From the NCBI GenBank assembly GCA_015063785.1, contig SVTM01000006.1:22979-86978 (forward strand): DNA of 64,000 bases, read 5' to 3'. Shown piece after piece: positions 60,267 through 64,000 of the stretch (position 1 is the stretch's first letter; every line of letters starts with the position of its first letter). The stretch is from Oscillospiraceae bacterium (GTDB taxonomy: Bacteria > Bacillota > Clostridia > Oscillospirales > CAG-382). A program made the position numbers and the translations under genes. Under the pieces are notes generated by a model. That model saw nothing but the letters and a program-made list of their open reading frames with translations, had not been told where the DNA came from and made no database searches.

Positions 60267-63200
60267 TTGCATCTCAAAGCGCTTGAAATGCGAGGCTTCA
60301 AATCGTTCCCCGACAAAACGCGGCTGGATTTTGAAAAAGGAATCACCGCCATCGTCGGCCCCAACGGAAGCGGCAAAAGTAATATTTCGGATGCCGTTCG
60401 CTGGGTTTTGGGCGAAATGTCGCCGAAATCACTGCGCGGTCAGAAGATGGAGGACGTTATCTTCAGCGGAACGGCAAAACGCCAGCAAACAGGCTTTTGC
60501 GAGGTGTCGCTGATACTTGACAACTCCGACGGCGCCCTTCCCGACGACCACGAAGAGGTCAAAATAACAAGAAAATACTATCGCTCGGGCGACAGTGAAT
60601 ATAAAATAAATGACAAACCCTCGCGTCTGCGCGACATATACGAGCTTTTTCTGAACACAGGTATCGGCAGAGAAGGATATTCTGTCATCGGCCAGGGAAA
60701 GATCGGCGAAGTCATCTCGCAAAAGAGCGACGAGCGCCGTCACATTTTTGAAGAAGCAGCAGGCATCTCCAAGTTCCGCTATCGCAAAAACGATGCCGAA
60801 AAGAAACTTGCCGAGACTGAAACCAACCTCATCCGCCTGCGCGACATCGTTTCCGAAATAGAAGGCCGCATAGGTCCGCTCGAAAAGGCGGCAGAAAACG
60901 CCAAAAAATATCTCGTTCTCGCCGAGCGCAAAAAGGAGCTTGAGGTCGCCATCTGGGTAGACCGCATAGCAAAGGCAGCCGTTGAGGCGGAAGATTTTGA
61001 CAAGCGCACCACCTCCGCCCGCGCAAGCTACGAGGAAAAAGACCGCGAGCTTTGCGAAAACGAGGAAAAGACAAACCTTCTTTCAGAAGAAAAAATGGCG
61101 AAAAATGTCGAAACCGAAAGCCTGCGCGAGGATATTTCCGCGATCGAGGCAGAAAAAAACGACATTTCGTCAAAATGCGCTCTGTCCGAAAACGATATCA
61201 GCCATTACAAAGAGCGTATGGACGCCATCGCCCTTGAAAAAGCGGCTATTTCTGACGGCGAGCTGAAAATTCTTAACGAAGAACGCGAAAACAACAGTAA
61301 AAAATATGACGAAAGCCTTGCCATTCTCTCGGCAGCGTCAAGCATAGAGGGAGAAAAACTTGCCGTGCTTGACAAAGCAAACGCCGATTTTGCAAAGGGC
61401 GAGACCGAGCTTGAATCGCTGAACGCCAAAAAGCGCGAGCTTGAAGAGGCAATAATCGCCAACCGCATCAGCACGTCTGCTGCCGCATCCGACGAAAAGA
61501 GCGCAGGCGAGCGCCGCGGATTTATCGAAGGCGAAATCGAAAAAACCCTTGCCGAAATAGAAGAGGTGCAGGGTTATCTCGAAGCGGCACAGGAAAGAAA
61601 AAATGCCGCTCTTGAAGAAAAGAACGACCTTTCGTCATCCCTTGCCGAAGAAGAAGCAGAGCTTGAAAAATGCATTGCAAAGCACGACGAGCTTCTTAAA
61701 CTGAAGAATGACATCGCCGCAAAATACGCCTCGGATCTCCACAGAAAAGAGACTCTCGAGCGCATGGAAAAAATGCTTGACGGTTTCCCCGGAAGCGTCA
61801 AAGCCGTCATCGGCGAGCAAAGCCTCCGCGGCATTTGCGGCCCTGTTTCAAAGCTTCTTTCGGTGTCGGGCGAATACGTCACTGCCATCGAAACAGCTCT
61901 TGGCGCCGCCGTAACCAACATCGTCGTCGAGGACGAAGACAGCGCAAAGCGTGCCATCGCATACCTGAAAGAGCGACAGGCAGGAAGAGCCACTTTCCTT
62001 CCTCTCACCTCCATCAAGGCGAATTTCATCGAAGAATCCGATCTTCGCTCACAAAAGGGTTACGTGGGCATAGGCTCCACCCTTGTTTCGTGCGATAAAA
62101 AATACAACGTCGTGGCAGAATACCTTTTGGGCAGAACCATAGTTGCCGACAACATCGACAACGCTTCGGTCATCGCGCGCAAATACCGCTTCCGCTATCG
62201 CATCGTCACTCTTGACGGTCAGCTCATCAACGCAGGCGGTTCGTACACCGGCGGTTCTGCTGCATCAAAAACAGGAGCAATGTCGCGAAATGCCGACATC
62301 GACGCCCTTGAAAAGCAGATCGCGGAATATATTAAGCAGGCACAAAAGATCACGGCACAGCTGAAGGAGATATCCGAAAACAAGCTGGAAGCAATGCAGT
62401 TTGTCGAGGCAATAAAAAATGACCTTTCCAACTGCGCGGGCGAACTTTATAAGGCAGAGGGAGATATAAAGCTCCACACCGAAAGACTGGATGCCTGCAA
62501 CGCCCGCATCGTCCACGCCAAAGCACAGCTTGAAGAATTCGGTTCCGATAACGGAAACGAAACTCTCAAAAGACTTGCAGATGAAAAAACACAACTTGAA
62601 GAACAGCTTCTTGCCGTTGACGCAAAGATCGCCGAAAAGCAAAAACAGCTTGAAGAACTTGAAAACGCGGTTGATGCAGCGCAAGAGGGGCTTACCGAAT
62701 GCCGCATGAAGCTTTATGCCGCCGAAAAAGACAGTGCCACGGCAAAATCCGCCCTTTCGGATGCCGAAAGACGAATTTCCGAAACAGAAAAGCGCATTTC
62801 GCTTCTTTGTGAGGAAAGCGACGGGCTCGACCGCAGACTTTCCGAGATAAAAGAGGCTCTCGAGCACGGCAGCGAGCGTATTACCGTGCTTGACGCCGAG
62901 CTTTCCGACAAACGCAAAGTTTTCGAAGAATGCAAACTCTCCCTTGCGGCATATGAAAAACAGATAAACGATCTGCGCGTCCGTCAAAATGACATCGTCC
63001 GCGACAAGGAAGTTTTCTTCCGCGAACTGACAAAATGCGAAAGCGCGCTCGAGGACCGCAGAAAAGAATACGACACCCTCACCTCAAAGCTTTGGGAAGA
63101 ATATGAGCTCACCTACACCGACGCAGCTTCCCTCAACTATCCCAAGCCCGACAGCACCCAGGTCAGCGAACTTGCCTCGATAAGAGCAAAGATCAGAGCG

Positions 63201-63824
63201 CTCGGTAGCGTAAATGTAAACGCCGTTGAGGAATACGCCGAAACAAAAGAACGCTATGAGTTTATGACCAAGCAGATAGAGGACCTCGAAAGTTCCGGCA
63301 GAAGTCTCGAAAACGTCATCAAACGTCTCGAATCGGATATGAAAAAGCTCTTCTCGGAAGCCATCGAAAAGATCAATGCCCAGTTCGGCATCGTCTTCAC
63401 CGAGCTTTTTGGCGGCGGAAGCGCCTCCATCGTCATCACCGACGAGGAAAACATACTTGAATCGGGCATCGAGATCAACGTACAGCCTCCCGGTAAGATG
63501 GTCAAGAATATCTCGCTTCTTTCGGGTGGCGAGCAGGCCTTCACCGCCATTGCGCTTTACTTTGCCATCCTCAACGTCAACCCCGCTCCCTTCTATATCT
63601 TTGACGAAATAGAAGCGGCACTTGATGACGTAAACGTTATCCGCTTCGGCGATTATCTGCGCCGTCACAGCGCCGAAACCCAGTTTATCGTCATCACCCA
63701 CCGCCGCGGAAGCATGGAGGCAGCGGACAGACTTTACGGCGTAACCATGCAGGAAAAGGGAATTTCCAGCTTCCTCAAGGTCGACGTGGACGAGGTCGAG
63801 AAAAAGACAGGCCTTAAGCTTTAA
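60267..63824 (+). CDS. smc: chromosome partition protein SMC
   Basis: LKALEMRGFKSF, Walker A GPNGSGKSN, long coiled coils, hinge, LSGGEQAFTAIAL signature and FYIFDEIEAALD Walker B. TTG 60267 after AAGGAAG is preferred over GTG 60258. Confidence 0.95.
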   Translation: MHLKALEMRGFKSFPDKTRLDFEKGITAIVGPNGSGKSNISDAVRWVLGEMSPKSLRGQKMEDVIFSGTAKRQQTGFCEVSLILDNSDGALPDDHEEVKITRKYYRSGDSEYKINDKPSRLRDIYELFLNTGIGREGYSVIGQGKIGEVISQKSDERRHIFEEAAGISKFRYRKNDAEKKLAETETNLIRLRDIVSEIEGRIGPLEKAAENAKKYLVLAERKKELEVAIWVDRIAKAAVEAEDFDKRTTSARASYEEKDRELCENEEKTNLLSEEKMAKNVETESLREDISAIEAEKNDISSKCALSENDISHYKERMDAIALEKAAISDGELKILNEERENNSKKYDESLAILSAASSIEGEKLAVLDKANADFAKGETELESLNAKKRELEEAIIANRISTSAAASDEKSAGERRGFIEGEIEKTLAEIEEVQGYLEAAQERKNAALEEKNDLSSSLAEEEAELEKCIAKHDELLKLKNDIAAKYASDLHRKETLERMEKMLDGFPGSVKAVIGEQSLRGICGPVSKLLSVSGEYVTAIETALGAAVTNIVVEDEDSAKRAIAYLKERQAGRATFLPLTSIKANFIEESDLRSQKGYVGIGSTLVSCDKKYNVVAEYLLGRTIVADNIDNASVIARKYRFRYRIVTLDGQLINAGGSYTGGSAASKTGAMSRNADIDALEKQIAEYIKQAQKITAQLKEISENKLEAMQFVEAIKNDLSNCAGELYKAEGDIKLHTERLDACNARIVHAKAQLEEFGSDNGNETLKRLADEKTQLEEQLLAVDAKIAEKQKQLEELENAVDAAQEGLTECRMKLYAAEKDSATAKSALSDAERRISETEKRISLLCEESDGLDRRLSEIKEALEHGSERITVLDAELSDKRKVFEECKLSLAAYEKQINDLRVRQNDIVRDKEVFFRELTKCESALEDRRKEYDTLTSKLWEEYELTYTDAASLNYPKPDSTQVSELASIRAKIRALGSVNVNAVEEYAETKERYEFMTKQIEDLESSGRSLENVIKRLESDMKKLFSEAIEKINAQFGIVFTELFGGGSASIVITDEENILESGIEINVQPPGKMVKNISLLSGGEQAFTAIALYFAILNVNPAPFYIFDEIEAALDDVNVIRFGDYLRRHSAETQFIVITHRRGSMEAADRLYGVTMQEKGISSFLKVDVDEVEKKTGLKL

Positions 63825-63882
63825 TAATTAAAAAAACGGAACTTTTTTTGCAAAAAAACGACAAATACTAAGAGGTACAAAA

Positions 63883-64000
63883 ATGGGATTTTTTGAAAAA
63901 CTCAAAGCAGGTCTCAAAAAGACAAAAGACGCTGTCTTCAAGCAGGTCAACGATATATTCAAGCATTTTGTCAGCGTAGACGAGGATATGCTCGAAGAAC
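63883..64000 (+). CDS. ftsY: signal recognition particle receptor FtsY, N-terminal fragment (runs off the right edge)
   Basis: MGFFEKLKAGLKKTKDAVFKQV... is the typical FtsY N-terminus. Canonical position after smc. Confidence 0.75.
   Translation, partial: MGFFEKLKAGLKKTKDAVFKQVNDIFKHFVSVDEDMLEE

Noticed and set aside
1-64000. Mobile elements, prophage, defence islands, tRNA/rRNA genes.
   Set aside because: I recognised no transposase, integrase, recombinase, phage structural, restriction-modification, Cas or toxin-antitoxin signatures in any frame. There are no long inverted or direct repeats flanking a block and no cloverleaf-like tRNA sequence in the intergenic regions. Absence judged by eye is not proof.

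Overview
This is a 64-kb chromosomal segment of roughly 50% GC. Gene content and order point to a Gram-positive anaerobe of class Clostridia: nifS-nifU type Fe-S genes, rpmH-rnpA-yidD-yidC-jag, plsX-rnc-radical SAM-smc-ftsY, SLH-domain wall proteins and a possible forespore-type promoter. The taxonomic guess is inference only. I call 52 protein genes (two truncated by the window edges) and one candidate leader or micro-ORF. Many sigma-A type promoters and rho-independent terminators are readable by eye. I saw no rRNA, tRNA, CRISPR array, transposase, integrase or prophage genes. All product calls rest on motif recognition in the supplied translations, since no database search was possible. Most of the window is housekeeping: hisS, wecB, nifSU, rpmH cluster, nadABC, secA, secG, ispDF, dprA, topA, plsX, rnc, smc, ftsY. 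The parts that look unusual are:
1. 2441-6728: an operon with a consensus promoter, a Leu/Ile/Val-rich 32-codon uORF and an intrinsic terminator. It is followed by a full-length LeuA-like protein whose catalytic residues are replaced, then an 816-aa fusion of a xylose-isomerase-like TIM barrel to an acyl-CoA/AMP ligase.
2. An acpP gene transcriptionally joined to nifS-nifU, while the usual acpP slot between plsX and rnc is empty.
3. A family of right-handed beta-helix proteins: a signal-less copy, an SLH-anchored 1119-aa protein, and a 2155-aa secreted giant made of four tandem ~400-aa modules plus a C-terminal metallophosphoesterase.
4. Two paralogous polytopic membrane proteins just downstream of secA, behind a strong hairpin.
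5. Acidic tandem-repeat extensions on both YidC and SecG.
6. A small operon of an unknown protein, an SGNH hydrolase and a SemiSWEET-like 3-TM protein.
The long antisense ORFs in the track (up to 1000 aa) are judged to be shadow frames.
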